A stretch of 64,000 bases of DNA from Mizuhopecten yessoensis (taxonomy: Eukaryota): positions 58,638 to 122,637 of the forward strand of contig NW_018407439.1 of the NCBI RefSeq assembly GCF_002113885.1. The letters run 5' to 3'. The notes below the pieces were generated by a model. That model did no database searches and was not told the origin of the DNA. It saw only the letters and a program-made list of their open reading frames with translations. A program made the position numbers and the translations under genes. Below are positions 36,573 to 48,961 of this stretch, piece by piece. Each line of letters starts with the position of its first letter. Within the stretch, counting starts at the first letter, position 1.

Positions 36573-38084
36573 GTAAGCAAGATGGCACGATACATTAAAT
36601 ATTTATAAAAAGACATTTCAACCATATGCAAGTATTGTGACGATTCTTGTAAAACAGTATTCGTCATCATGGACTTGTTATTTTTAGCTGCACTCCACTT
36701 ATTTCATGATATCATTATTAATAATATTACTTGGGAGTCAAGCATATCTCTAAATCCCAGGGCTCATCAGAATTCTGTCATTGGGTGATTCGGTCAGGCT
36801 TAACCAAGTAAGTTACATCAGGATGAATCTGTACACCATGAGGCTATGTCATGTTTCACCCCCAGGATGATATCTGTACAATATGAGGCTATGTCATGTT
36901 TCGTGTCGAAGATAACTCCTAGAGACATTTATAGGTGTTATAATTGAAAAAAAATGGGATTAGTTTCCATAGAAAATGAAAAAATGGGTTATTTATTTTA
37001 CTCATTGTTTTTCTTTTACTTTGCCTGTTTTCCTTGAAATCTATTAAATATACATATTGCATTTTGAACAGACATGTATTGGAAATAAACTAGCATGGGC
37101 AGCTTGAAGCTTACATAGACTGATACAGTTTTTTGCCTGAATGTGTAATTTCAATGGTATAATATTCTGAAATATATTGACACATCATACAAGAAAGTGT
37201 CAAACTTACTTATGGATAGTGAGGATTTTTTCCTAATCTCCCCAAACTTCAGGAATTGATTGCCTTTCATGTATGGAGATAAATTGGTTATCTGTGGCAC
37301 TGTGACGTCACAATCGGTCCCAGAATAGAACCCCACAATATCGTACCGAAATAGATGACATTTACGAGCAAATTTTGTACTGTTCCTGTTTAGTAGCAGT
37401 GTAAACCTGTAATAATTGTTCACACCTTCAAATTATACTGATTCCCTGGACTCATCGCCCCCATATATTTCCAAGCTTCAGTCTTTATATAAGAATGATG
37501 TACTTACCTGATTTTAAGCTAACATTTGTTTATGAGGTGCGTTTAGGTGTTACTCACCAGTGTTTGTCAACTCACTTAAATGTCAACTGTTTAATACTTC
37601 ACACCATTCATTTTCATTAAGAGCCTCACTGTGAATTTTTCAGCAGAAATCAGAATTCTTACACTTAGGATTCACTACTTTTGGAGTTAAAGGTATTTTA
37701 TTGTCTTTTAAGACTATATGAGTTACCAATTCTATGTAACTAACAAAAGGTGTTGTTTAAGACAACCATGTTTTTACGGTGAGGCGGTTAATTTTTGGAA
37801 AAAACAGAACTGCTGTACTTCATAAGCTATTGTATTGATGGCGTCAGGAGGATTGGAACATTCAAGACTTATCCTTGATTAATGGTAAAAGTCTGTGACT
37901 CCATCGTGGAAGTTGAAATTGTGAAATAACTTTTCTCATGATGGAAAGACACCATAGCTTGTTTTCATTAAGGTTAGGAACGAGCAAAATCAATCAATTT
38001 CTAAAGACAGGGTTATACTTAAAGATCAATTGCCCAGGTTGTGTGAGTTGGTGGAGAAATATAGAGGTTTTTTTTGTAATTTAT

Positions 38085-38285
38085 GTCCTATAAACAGCTA
38101 TGGTCATTTAAGGATGTGCCAAGTTTTGTTGGTGGATTAAAGCCGGAGTTCCGGAGAAAAAAACACCGACCTATGGCCAGTACCTGGAGACTGTCCCACA
38201 TAGGTCTTGAACCTGCGACCCAGTGGTGAAGGGCTAGTGGTAGCAGTATGTCAGGCGCCTTAACCACTTGGCTACAGCGACTCCA
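38085..38285 (-). mobile_element. tRNA-derived SINE (V-domain-like core, LINE-derived tail)
   Basis: Minus strand: A box TAGCCAAGTGG, B box GGTTCAAGACC, core GGTCGGTGTTTT..CTCCGGAACTCCGG, tail CCTTAAATGACCATAGCTG. Confidence 0.8.
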
Positions 38286-38424
38286 TAAAAAATAAAGCGT
38301 AATTAGGATCATTGTTGTACATGTATAAGATAATAGCAATATCAGTTGGTTTCTGAAACATGGCAGTAGATCAGCTCGAACTTTTCATCAGTAACATGAT
38401 TTTTTCTTTGATTACAGGGGGTTT

Positions 38425-39059
38425 TCAGTTCAACCTAGATGTTCAGGTCAACCTAGATGCTCAGGTCAACCTAGATATTCAGGTCAACCTAGATGCTCAG
38501 GTCAACCTAGAGGTTAAGGTCAACCTAGATGCTCAGTTCAGCCTAGATGTTTAGGTCAACCTAGATGCTCAGGTCAACCTAGATGTTCAGGTCAACCTAG
38601 AGGCTCAGGTCAACCTAGATGTTCAGGTCAACCTAGATTCTCAGGTCAACCTAGATGTTCAGGTCAACCTAGATGTTCAGGTCAACCTAGATGCTCAGGT
38701 CAACCTAGATGTTCAGGTCAACCTTGATGCTCAGGTCAACCTAGATGTTCAGGTCAACCTAGATGCTCAGATCAACCTAGATGTTCAGGTCAACCTAGAT
38801 GCTCAAGTCAACCTAGATGTTCAGGTCAACCTTGATGTTCAGGTTAACCTAGATGTTAAGTCAACCTTGATGCTCAGGTCAACCTAGATGTTCAGGTCAA
38901 CCTAGATGCTCAGATCAATCTAGATGTTCAGGTCAACCTAGATGCTCAAGTCAACCTAGATGTTCAGGTCAACCTATAGCTAGATGCTCAAGTCAACCTA
39001 GATGTTCAGGTCAACCTAGATGTTCCGGTCAACCTAGATGCTCAGGTCAACCTAGATAT
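38425..39059. repeat. 18-bp minisatellite (about 35 units)
   Basis: (TCAGGTCAACCTAGATGY)n. Confidence 0.96.
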
Positions 39060-39417
39060 TCTTTCATTCTTTTGACAATGCTCTGCTGTAAGGACAGTAA
39101 GTCACAAGTGAAATAGATTATGATGGTGTCCCATTTCTGTGTCTCTTTTTCAAATGAGTTGTACATGTGATGTTGAAATTTCTAATGAACGTAATTACTT
39201 CAGTGCTTTAATTCTTTTCTTTAGTAGGATATTTCAAACAAGGCCCATGAACTTATTATAATAAACAGTTTATATCTATTATGACATTTTTGTGGACTCT
39301 TTATTTGATGATGTTACACAAATGTCTTATTAAAGTGATTCAAGTATGATTTAATTTTAGGATCATGCATTGATTAGTGCTGCATGATTATATACAGTAC
39401 TTAAATACCTGATATGT

Positions 39418-40062
39418 ACAGTATATCTGTATAGTATGACAACCCCGCTAGTGTGGTCAGTACCAGGACTGACCACTCTATCGCTGTAATACAATATATC
39501 TGTGTATTATGACACCTCCCCCAACCCCTAGTGTGGTCAGTACCAGGGCTGACCACTCTATCGCTGTCTCTGTAGTATGACATCTCCCCCACCCCTAGTG
39601 TGGTCAGTACCAGGGCTGACCACTCTATCACTGTCTGTGTAGTATGACACCTCCCCCAACCCCTAGTGTGGTCAGTACCAGGGCTGACCACTCTATCACT
39701 GTCTGTGTAGTATGACACCTCCCCCAACCCCTAGTGTGGTCAGTACCAGGGCTGACCACTCTATCACTGTCTGTGTAGTATGACACCTCCCCCAACCCCT
39801 AGTGTGGTCAGTACCAGGGCTGACCACTCTATCGCTGTAATACAGTATATCTGTGTAGTATGACACCTCCCCCACCCCTAGTGTGGTCAGTACCAGGGCT
39901 GACCACTCTATCACTGTCTGTGTAGTATGACCCCTCCCCCAACCCCTAGTGTGGTCAGTACCAGGGCTGACCACTCTATCGCTGTCTGTGTAGTATGACA
40001 TCTCCCCCACCCCTAGTGTGGTCAGTATCAGGGCTGACCACTGTATCACTGTAATACAGTAT
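39418..40062. repeat. 68-bp tandem array (about 9 units) with an internal hairpin
   Basis: AGTGTGGTCAGTACCAGGGCTGACCACTCTATCACTGTCTGTGTAGTATGACACCTCCCCCAACCCCT. Confidence 0.95.
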
Positions 40063-40920
40063 AACATGGTCATTATTTTGATATGAACATCCATTACTTT
40101 TCATTAAGTTGTTAGGCTAATGAAGAGCTGACAGCCGTATTTCACTTACTTTTTATATCTTTATTGTAATTGAAATATTCAGTAGCACTTATCGAGACAC
40201 ATATGGATTTTTCGGGTTAATTTAGAGCTTCAGAGTGACAGTGGAGCTGTTGTGAGATGGTTCTTTCAAGGGTTGTGTTGAGATGTGGCCTAGCAGGTAA
40301 TTAATGACCGCGATTATCGCCTGGTCATTTGGCAAAATAGGATGAAAATGCGAGAAGCTGACTTGTATACGTGATTGTGTTATGTTAGCATAGAAAAAAA
40401 ATACTAAAGGCTAGACAAGGTGATGATCTATATGTGGTAACAGGGATCTGGTGTCAGGATCTACAAAATGGCTGCTTAAACCGCCTTGGTGAGAGGGAGG
40501 CTGGCGTTAGATTTTACCCAGGGGTGATATTTGAGGGACGGAGTGATAAAATATTGTGTTAACCTCACCTTTTACCCTCCCTTACGTAGCCTTAATCTGC
40601 TAATTGATTCAGTCAGAACTGGCAACTGATTCGTGGTCTTAAATATTTAGTACCTCAATAGAAAAAAGTGGCAATAATGCCAATTGACTGAATCTTTGGA
40701 CTCTGATTAGCTAGGGCTTAGACTGATATGAATATTCATGATGCCATATAATTATACAGGTTATATTATAATTATTCAGTAGTTAATTCTATTAGAAGTA
40801 TAATGGGTTAACTCTAATATGAAGATGTCTGTCGATGTATATGGATAACGAAATATGTCAAACATATCAGAAAATAACCATATATGTCTGGAATATATCA
40901 AGGCATAGATGAGGGGAGGT

Positions 40921-43585
40921 AGGCTATCAGAAAGGATGGCTGAAAGTTCACTATATATATAGGGCTGTCAGTGTCACTGTAAGTTCACTATATAGGGCTG
41001 CCAGTGTCACTGTAAGTTCACTAAATAGGGCTGTCAGTGTCACTGAAAGTTCACTATATAAGGCTGTCAGTGTCACTGTAAGGTCACTATATAGGGCTGT
41101 CAGTGTCACCGTAAGTTCACTATATAGGGGTGTCAGTGTCACTGTAAGTTCGCTATATATGGCTGTCAGTGTCACTGTAAGTTCACTATATAAGGCTGTC
41201 AGTGTCACTGTAAGTTCACTATATATGGCTGTCAGTGTCACTGTCAGTGAGGATGACTGAAAGTTCACTATATATATAGGACTGTCAGTGTCACTGTAAG
41301 TTCACTATATAGGGCTGTCAGTGTCACTGAAAGTTCACTATATAAGGCTGTCAGTGTCACTGTAAGTACACTATATAGGTCTGTCAGTGTCACTGTAAGT
41401 TCACTATAAGGACCTGTCAGTGTCACTGTAAGGTCACTATATAGAGCTGTCAGTGTCACTGTAAGTTCACTATATATGGCTGTCAGTGTCACTGTCAGTG
41501 AGGATTACTGAAAGTTCACTATATATATAGGACTGTCAGTGTCACTGTAAGTCCACTATATAGGGCTGTCAGTGTCACTGTAAGTTCACTATATAGAGCT
41601 GTCAGTGTCACTGTAAGTTCACTATATAAGGCTGTCAGTGTCACTGTAAGTACACTATATAGGGCTGTCAGTGTCACTGTAAGTTCACTATAAGGACCTG
41701 TCAGTGTCACTGTAAGTTCACTATATAGAGCTGTCAGTGTCACTGTAAGATCACTATATAGGGCAGTCAGTGTCACTGTAAGTTCCCTAAATAGGGCTGT
41801 CAGTGTCACTGTCAGAGCACTGTAAGTTCACTATAAGGGCCTGTCAGTGTCACTGTAATTTCACTATATAGGGCTGTCAGTGTCACTGTAAGTTCACTAT
41901 ATAGGGCAGTCAGTGTCACTGTAAGTTCACTATAAAGGCCTGTCAGTGTCACTGTAAGTTCACTATATCGGGCTGTCAGTGTCACTGTAAGTTCACTAAA
42001 TAGGGCTGTCAGTGTCACTGTAAGTTCACTATATAGGGCTGTCAGAGTTACTGATAGTTCACTATATAGACCTGTCAGTGTCACTGTCAGAGGGGATGAC
42101 TGAAAGTTCACTAGATAGGGCTGTCAGTGTCACTGTAAGTTCACTATATAGGGCTGTCAGTGTCACTGTAAGTTTACTATATAGGTCTGTCAGTGTCACT
42201 GTCAGAGAGGATGACTGAAAGTTCACTTTATAGGGCTGTCAGTGTCACTGTAAGTTCACTATATAGGGCTGTCAGTGTTACTGATAGTTCACTATATAGC
42301 CCTGTCAGTGTCACTGTCAGAGATGCATGATGACTGAAAGTTCACTATATAGGGCTGTCAGTGTCACTGTAAGTACACTATATAGGGCTGTCAGTGTCAC
42401 TGTAAGTTCACTATAAAGACCTGTCAGTGTCACTGTAAGATCACTATATAGGGCTGTGAGTGTCAATGTAAGTTCACTATATATGGCTGTCAGTGTCACT
42501 GTTAGTTCACTATAAAGACCTGTCAGTGTCACTGTAAGATCACTATATAGGGCTGTGAGTGTCACTGTCAGAGACGACGACTGAAAGTTGACTATCTAGG
42601 GCTGTCAGTGTCACCGTCAGAGAGGATGAATGAAAGTTGACTATATATGGCTGTCAGTGTCACTGTCCGAGATGCATGATGACTGAATGGTGACTATATA
42701 GGGCTGTCAGGGTCACTGTCAGAGAGGATGCCTGAAAGTTCACTATATGGGGCTGTCAGTGTCACTGTAAGTTAACTATAAAGACCTGTCAGTGTCACTG
42801 TAAGTTTACTATATAGGGCTGTCAGTGTCACTGTAAGTTCACTATATAGGGCTGTCATTGTCACTGTAAGTTCACTTTATAGGGCTGTCAGTGTCACTGT
42901 CAGAGAGGATGACTGAAAGTTCACTATATAGGGCTGTCAGTGTCACTGTAAGTTTACAATATAGGTCTGTCAGTGTCACTGTCAGAGAGGATGACTGAAA
43001 GTTGACTATATAGGGCTGTCAGTGTCACTGTAAGTTCACTATATAGGTCTGTCAGTGTCACTGTAAGTTCACTATATAGGGCTATCATTGTCACTGTAAG
43101 TTCACTTTATAGGGCTGTCAGTGTCACTGTCAGAGAGGATTGCTGAAAGTTCACTATATAGGGCTGTCAGTGTCACTGTAAGTTCACTATATAGGGCTGT
43201 CAGTGTCACTGTCAGAGGATGACTGAAAGTTCACTTTATAGGACTGTAAGTGTCACTGTCAGAGATGCATGATGATTGTAAGTTCACTATATAGGGCTGT
43301 CAGTGTCACTGTCAGAGATGCATGATGATTGTAAGTTCACTATATAGGGCTGTCAGTGTCACTGTCAGAGAGGATGACTGAAAGTTCACTATAAAGGTCT
43401 GTCAGTCACTGTCAGAGAGGATGACTGAAAGTTCACTATAAAGGGCTGTCAGTGTCACTGTCAGAGAGGATGACTGTAAGTTCACTATATAGGGCTGTCA
43501 GTGTCACTATCAGAGATGCATGATGATTGTAAGTTCACTATATAGGGCTGTCAGGGTCACTGTCAGAGAGGATGACTGAAAGTTG
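40921..43585. repeat. Mixed 33-bp / 49-52-bp tandem array
   Basis: GTTCACTATATAGGGCTGTCAGTGTCACTGTAA, with or without the TCAGAGAGGATGACTG insertion. Confidence 0.96.
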
Positions 43586-44274
43586 AGGTGGGTTGTGCCA
43601 CTTTTGAAAAGATCGACGCAGGATTGTCAGTAGTTTAATTTTATATTCCTAGAAATAAAAAAGGTGAAAAAAACCCCAAATAAAAACTATTGTTTCTTTA
43701 TTGAAAACAATTTTTTTTTTATAGAAGTATGTGTTCTGCATTGTATTTTTATTGACTATATAGAGAGATAGAAATCTGCGACTACAATCACAAAACTTTA
43801 TAGAGATTTTGACCCATTCTTTTATTGGCAGACAAGCGATCTCCCATGTAGCCCTAGGGGACATTCGTAAACTATACTTCTCATATCAAGGGACTAAACA
43901 ACATAGCAGAGATGACTATGGTACTGAAAACAGATATTGCAATATCATATCGATCTTGTTCAAATTAATGGAATATTCTAGTCTGTTTTGGGAAGGTTTT
44001 ATTGTGGGATTCTTTGTGAGAGTGAGAGATTTATGAGGAGAGGAGACAGCTTTATGTTGGCTATAGCCTCTCCTTGTGTTGGGCAGGATTCTCTAGCTAT
44101 TCTGTTTAAACATGTTCATTATTTTACATTCATTTTATTATAGAAGTTGAGGCAATATAATATTTTGAGAATATTTCCTTACTGTGAAAAGTGTTTATTT
44201 AATTTGTGTGGGCTGCACTCCACCTCAGTCATTAGGGTTATTACCATAAAACAAACAAAAGTGTGAGGTTAACA

Positions 44275-44722
44275 TCCTGCCAAGCTGCTACCGTTTCCTG
44301 TTTAATGCCTGAGGTTAGCTTTCTACAAAGATGCTACTGTTTCCTGTTTAATGCCTGAGGTTAGCTTTCTACCAAGCTGCTACTGTTGCCGGTGTAATTC
44401 CTGAAATTAACTTTCTACCAAGCTGCTACCGTTTCCTGTTTAATGCCTGAGGTTAGTTTTCTACCAAGCTGCTACTGTTGCCGGTGTAATGCCTGAGGTT
44501 AGTTTTCTACCAAGCTGCTACTGTTGCCGGTGTAATGCCTGAGGTTAGTTTTCTACCAAGCTGCTACTGTTGCCGGTGTAATGCCTGAGGTTAGTTTTCT
44601 ACCAAGCTGCTACTGTTGCCGGTGTAATGCCTGAGGTTAGTTTTCTACCAAGCTGCTACTGTTGCCGGTGTAATGCCTGAGGTTAGTTTTCTACCAAGCT
44701 GGTAGAAAGCTTACCTCAGGCA
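44275..44722. repeat. 46-bp tandem array (about 9 units) ending in a fold-back
   Basis: CTACCAAGCTGCTACTGTTGCCGGTGTAATGCCTGAGGTTAGTTTT. Confidence 0.93.
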
Positions 44723-45701
44723 CCCAAATTTCTACCACCCAAATTATTATTATATTATATATTCCTTGTTTGCTTTAACCAAGGAGAGAGATTAGCATCC
44801 TGCCAAGTTGCTACAGCTATTACCACAAACTTAAGCAAGGCATTAGACTTCATTCTTCTTAAGCTGCTTCGCTGTTCAGTGTATGACTTGCATTACTAAA
44901 AACCTGAATTTTTGAGTCCACATTAAGCTTCACTTCAAGCTAAGTCTCTATGCTAAGTCTATGTGAGAGTAAGTTTAAGTCTCTAGATTAGCCAATGGGA
45001 GATTTAGCTGAGCCCAGATTAGGGCAGACTTACAGCATTGGTGATATGTGGGCATGCTCTGATAGATATTGTTGATCAATACGTTTGTATACTTCAAACC
45101 TGGCCCAAGCTTAAGAAATTTTAAGGTTGTGACTTTTCCTACATATTCTTAAATTTCAATTAATCTTCCATATTATGGATTGATTGGGCACAACTATAAT
45201 CATGAAATCGTCTGCTTACCTTCTGATTGAATTAATGTAGACTAAGATTTGTCTCCCCTGTACTGCTGTCCATATATATTATTATAAGAAGCAAACATTC
45301 AAAAATATTTTACCAAAAACTGATTTCTAGTGTATTATGAACATCTTTGTTCATGATAAATCTGTCCCCTACACTAAAGGATCTTTAAAAGCCTGTGATA
45401 TTATATGGTATATTATCATATTTTTTACTAATAAAATATGAAATTTAATTAAACAATGGGTTGTTCAATCTGAGAAAAATGTTCATTAGTAAATAATATC
45501 TTCTTCCTATACATCCAGAAATGATCTGGTCATATGCTCCAGTATGTGTTGCATTTAAACTACATATCAAACTTGATTACCATATGTGCAAATATTTCTC
45601 TTTTTACAGTATGATAAAAATGTGATACTAAACATTTGTTTCGTTGTAGGGAAACATGATCATGCATTTTCCTGTGATATATCATGTTTCATGAAAGGCG
45701 A

Positions 45702-46055
45702 TTTTTAGCCCGAAGGGCAAGTGAGCTTATTTCATGGTGCGGCGTCTGTCGTTCGTCCCTCAACTTTTCCTTTAAACAACTTCTCCTGAAGAACTGACAG
45801 GCCTAGAGTCATGATATTTGGCTGAAAGCTTCATTGGTAGGAGCCCGACAAAGTTTGAGAATGAAAATGACCTTGACCTGCTTTCAAGGTCACAGGGGTC
45901 AAATTTGTAAAACTCTTCAAACGACTTCTTCTGAGGAACTGAAAGGTATAGAATCTTCATATTTGGCTGGTGGCTTCTTGGGATAGAGCTCACCAAAGTT
46001 TGCAAATGAAAATGACCTCAACCTACATTCGAGCTCAGGTGTGATGCATCTTGTT
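45702..46055 (+). mobile_element. Degenerate HINE-type element of another family
   Basis: TTTTTAGCCCGAAGGG..GTGAGCT, CGTC microsatellite, two diverged internal repeats with TGACCTTGACC, end CAGGTG...TCTTGTT. Confidence 0.6.
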
Positions 46056-46594
46056 TGTTTGAGAACACGATGAACACTTTACTTTTCTTTTTATTAATAT
46101 AATCCATTCAGATATGCTAACATATATGAATTATAATGATATACATTTACTGCCCTTATAGAGAGGATACATGAACATTTGTTTCCTGAAGTGAATAATA
46201 TTTCCCGAAGATAAAACTTAAGGAAACAAACCTCTATAATTCTGTACTTACAGGGCAATGCCTTGTTCATTACACAGACAAAAGAAACAATGTATCTTTT
46301 AGCAGACTACTTATGTTTCTGTTGGGGGAAAAAAAGTGTCCTTTCTCCAAAGTTCTTACTCTGCATGCACCAAATATGAGACGTCAACGAGGCAATTTGG
46401 CTGCTGGAAGGTAGGATGTTTTGTCAACTTCAGTTAAGCATGGGCTACTGTGAGATGTGGTTTTGTCTCTCAGTCAGGTGATATCTTTGACCAAATCAAA
46501 CACACTGTTATATTTAGATCAGGTATAATGAATAAATGATTTACAGTGCAGCAATTTAAGCACAAAAAAATATTAACTTTCACAGTATATTTGT

Positions 46595-46900
46595 GTGACC
46601 ACAGATAATAGGTCATATGTAGACGGTGTCCACGGATGATAGAGCCACTCAAGGTGACTTTATAGTGTCATCTCACTGAAATGTGATGTCACATGTACAT
46701 GGCCACCTCTCCCACCCATACGGTCAAATGACACTGATAATGGGCTAACCAGTCCTTACCTCCACCTATTTAAAGATGGACGTCGGGCAGAGACCAGTAT
46801 AACTACCAATGTTAAGGAGTTTGGTTTGTCTTGGTCAGTGAACATAACCCATAACCTTCACTTGGGCAGAAGCTCAAAACTAAAGCCAGAGTTATTGCCA
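46595..46900 (-). mobile_element. Degenerate mollusc SINE-like fragment
   Basis: TTTATAGTG..TCACTGAA...ACTGATAATGGGCTAACCAGTCC...TTTGGTTTG motif order resembles a widespread bivalve SINE core, from memory. Confidence 0.35.
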
Positions 46901-47098
46901 AGTAAGGTGTAAGGTAACAAAAAAGTACCTCAGAGATAGAGAGAAAATAAGAAGATCAAAATTGTTGCAATATAGGTGCAACAGATTAATTTTGAATACT
47001 TTTTTGTCCTAAAGTAGAGGACACAAAAAAATCCCCATTTTTGCAGGTCGCCTCCTGTAAAGCAGTTAATCCTACATTGAGGAACAACAGGTTTGTTC

Positions 47099-48961
47099 TT
47101 TTTAGCCCACCATCATCTGATGGTGGGCTGTTCAAATCACTCTGCGTCCGTGGTCCGTGGACCGTTCTTAAACAATTTTTGTTATCGGTATTTTTTCAAG
47201 AAGTACCAGAGGGTTCTTTCCCAAATTTTTATATGTAGGTTCCCCTTGATCCTTAGCTGTGCAGGGCAACTTTTGAGACTGATCGGATAACAACATGGTC
47301 GACAGGCAGCCATCTTGGATTTTGATAGTGAAAGTTTCTTATCTATATTTCTCACGAAGTACCAGAGGGATCTTTCTCAAATTTTATATATAGGTTCCCC
47401 TTTGTCCTTAGCTGTGCAGGGCAACTTTTGAGACTGATCGGATAACAACATGGTCGACAGGCAGCCATCTTGGATTTTGATAGAGAAAGTTTCTTATCAG
47501 TATTTCTCACGAAGTACCTGAGGGATCTTTCTCAAATTTTATACGTAGGTTCCCCATGGTCCTAACCTGTGCAGGGCAACTTTTGAGACAGAACGAATAA
47601 ACAACATGGCCGACAGGCAGCCATCTTGGATATTGATAGCGAAAGTTTGTTACAGCTATTTCTCCAGAGGTACCAGAGGGATCTTTCTTAAATTTTATAT
47701 GTAGGTTCCCCATGGTCCTTAGCTGTGCCGGGCAACTTTTGAGACTGATCGGAGAAACAACATGGCCGACAGACAGCCATCTTGGATTTTGATAGTGAAA
47801 ATTTGTTATCCCTATTTCTCGGGAAGTACGGGAGGGATCTTTTTCAAATTTTATATGTAGGTTCCCCGTGTTCCCTTGTTGTGCAGCAGTGCCTGAAATA
47901 GACGGTCTCTCGCTTGCCAATGTGATTAAAGTCTTGCTCGGGCGACCAAAAGTTGTCAAAAGTGAAGTAGTCACTGGCCCAACAAGAATAGTTTAGGCTG
48001 TTGAAAAATTTATGAATAAAAGAAATTATAGTCCCTTCCACATTAACTGGGGGGGTGGGGGCAGTATATTTTTCAGTTGCCATTACTTCGATTTGAATCA
48101 AACTGTCGGTGATTTAGAAAATGTGATGATTTTGTTTTCAGATTTTCTATATAAACACTACCAGGGTGTCTTCTTGGAGGTGCAAGTTTTGTGTATTTCT
48201 TTTTGGGAAGACCTGAATGGAGTGGATCATGTCAGGTTTTAACTAGGGTTGAAGAATTAAAAATATAATGTTTTATTCTGTTTTACATATAACAAACATT
48301 GTCATGTTAAATGTAATTTAAATGTGCTGAAGCATTGGGTTAAATGCTGTGGAAATATTTCTTGCCAAAATTATTTGGGTCACCAATATGTCATTTGGGC
48401 CTGTGCTTCAAATTCATTACTCACCCCAAAATTTGTTTTTGGGCCAACCAATGCAGGTTCCCCACTATCCTTTATTTATATTCATGTTTACTTTTGAAAC
48501 TGATCAGTTAAACAAAATGGCCTACCGACAGCCATCTTCGATTATTGACATTGAAGGTTTGTTAGTACTATTTCTTGGAATACCTTGAGGGATCTTTCTC
48601 AAATTTGATATGTAGGTTGCCTTTGATCCCTCGTTTTCCATGTTATATTTTGAGACTGATCATAAACATAAAATGGCTAAAGGAAGAACTAAACAGATCT
48701 TTCTCATATTGCAATGATCAATTCTATTTCTTTCAGATTAAGTATTGTACTAGTAAATATGTGAAATGACAAACTCACTTTGAAGGTTGGCTTTCATACA
48801 CATCAGTATTAAGTTTAGATCAAAAGTTACCTCAAGGTGCATTTACTGTTAACATGACTCGATCAAACAGATTAGAGGAAAGAAGAGAAGAGATCGAACT
48901 GACAAAGAACTAATGAAAATGGTACAATGGTGGACGCCAGGATCCCTCTGGGATCTCTTGT
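47099..48961 (+). mobile_element. Second copy of the 26183-27010 HINE, with a longer 156-bp array and an internal insertion
   Basis: Same 5' hairpin and near-identical 3' 300 bp; about 4.5 repeat units, foreign DNA at about 47887-48450, then the array resumes. Confidence 0.85.

Noticed and set aside
38200-38285. tRNA-like A and B boxes
   Set aside because: No cloverleaf or acceptor stem; it continues into a SINE body and tail, so it is annotated as a SINE.
40945-43585. CACTATATAGGG resembles the T7 promoter end (vector contamination)
   Set aside because: It has an extra TA, lacks TAATACGACT, and is part of a diverged native array.
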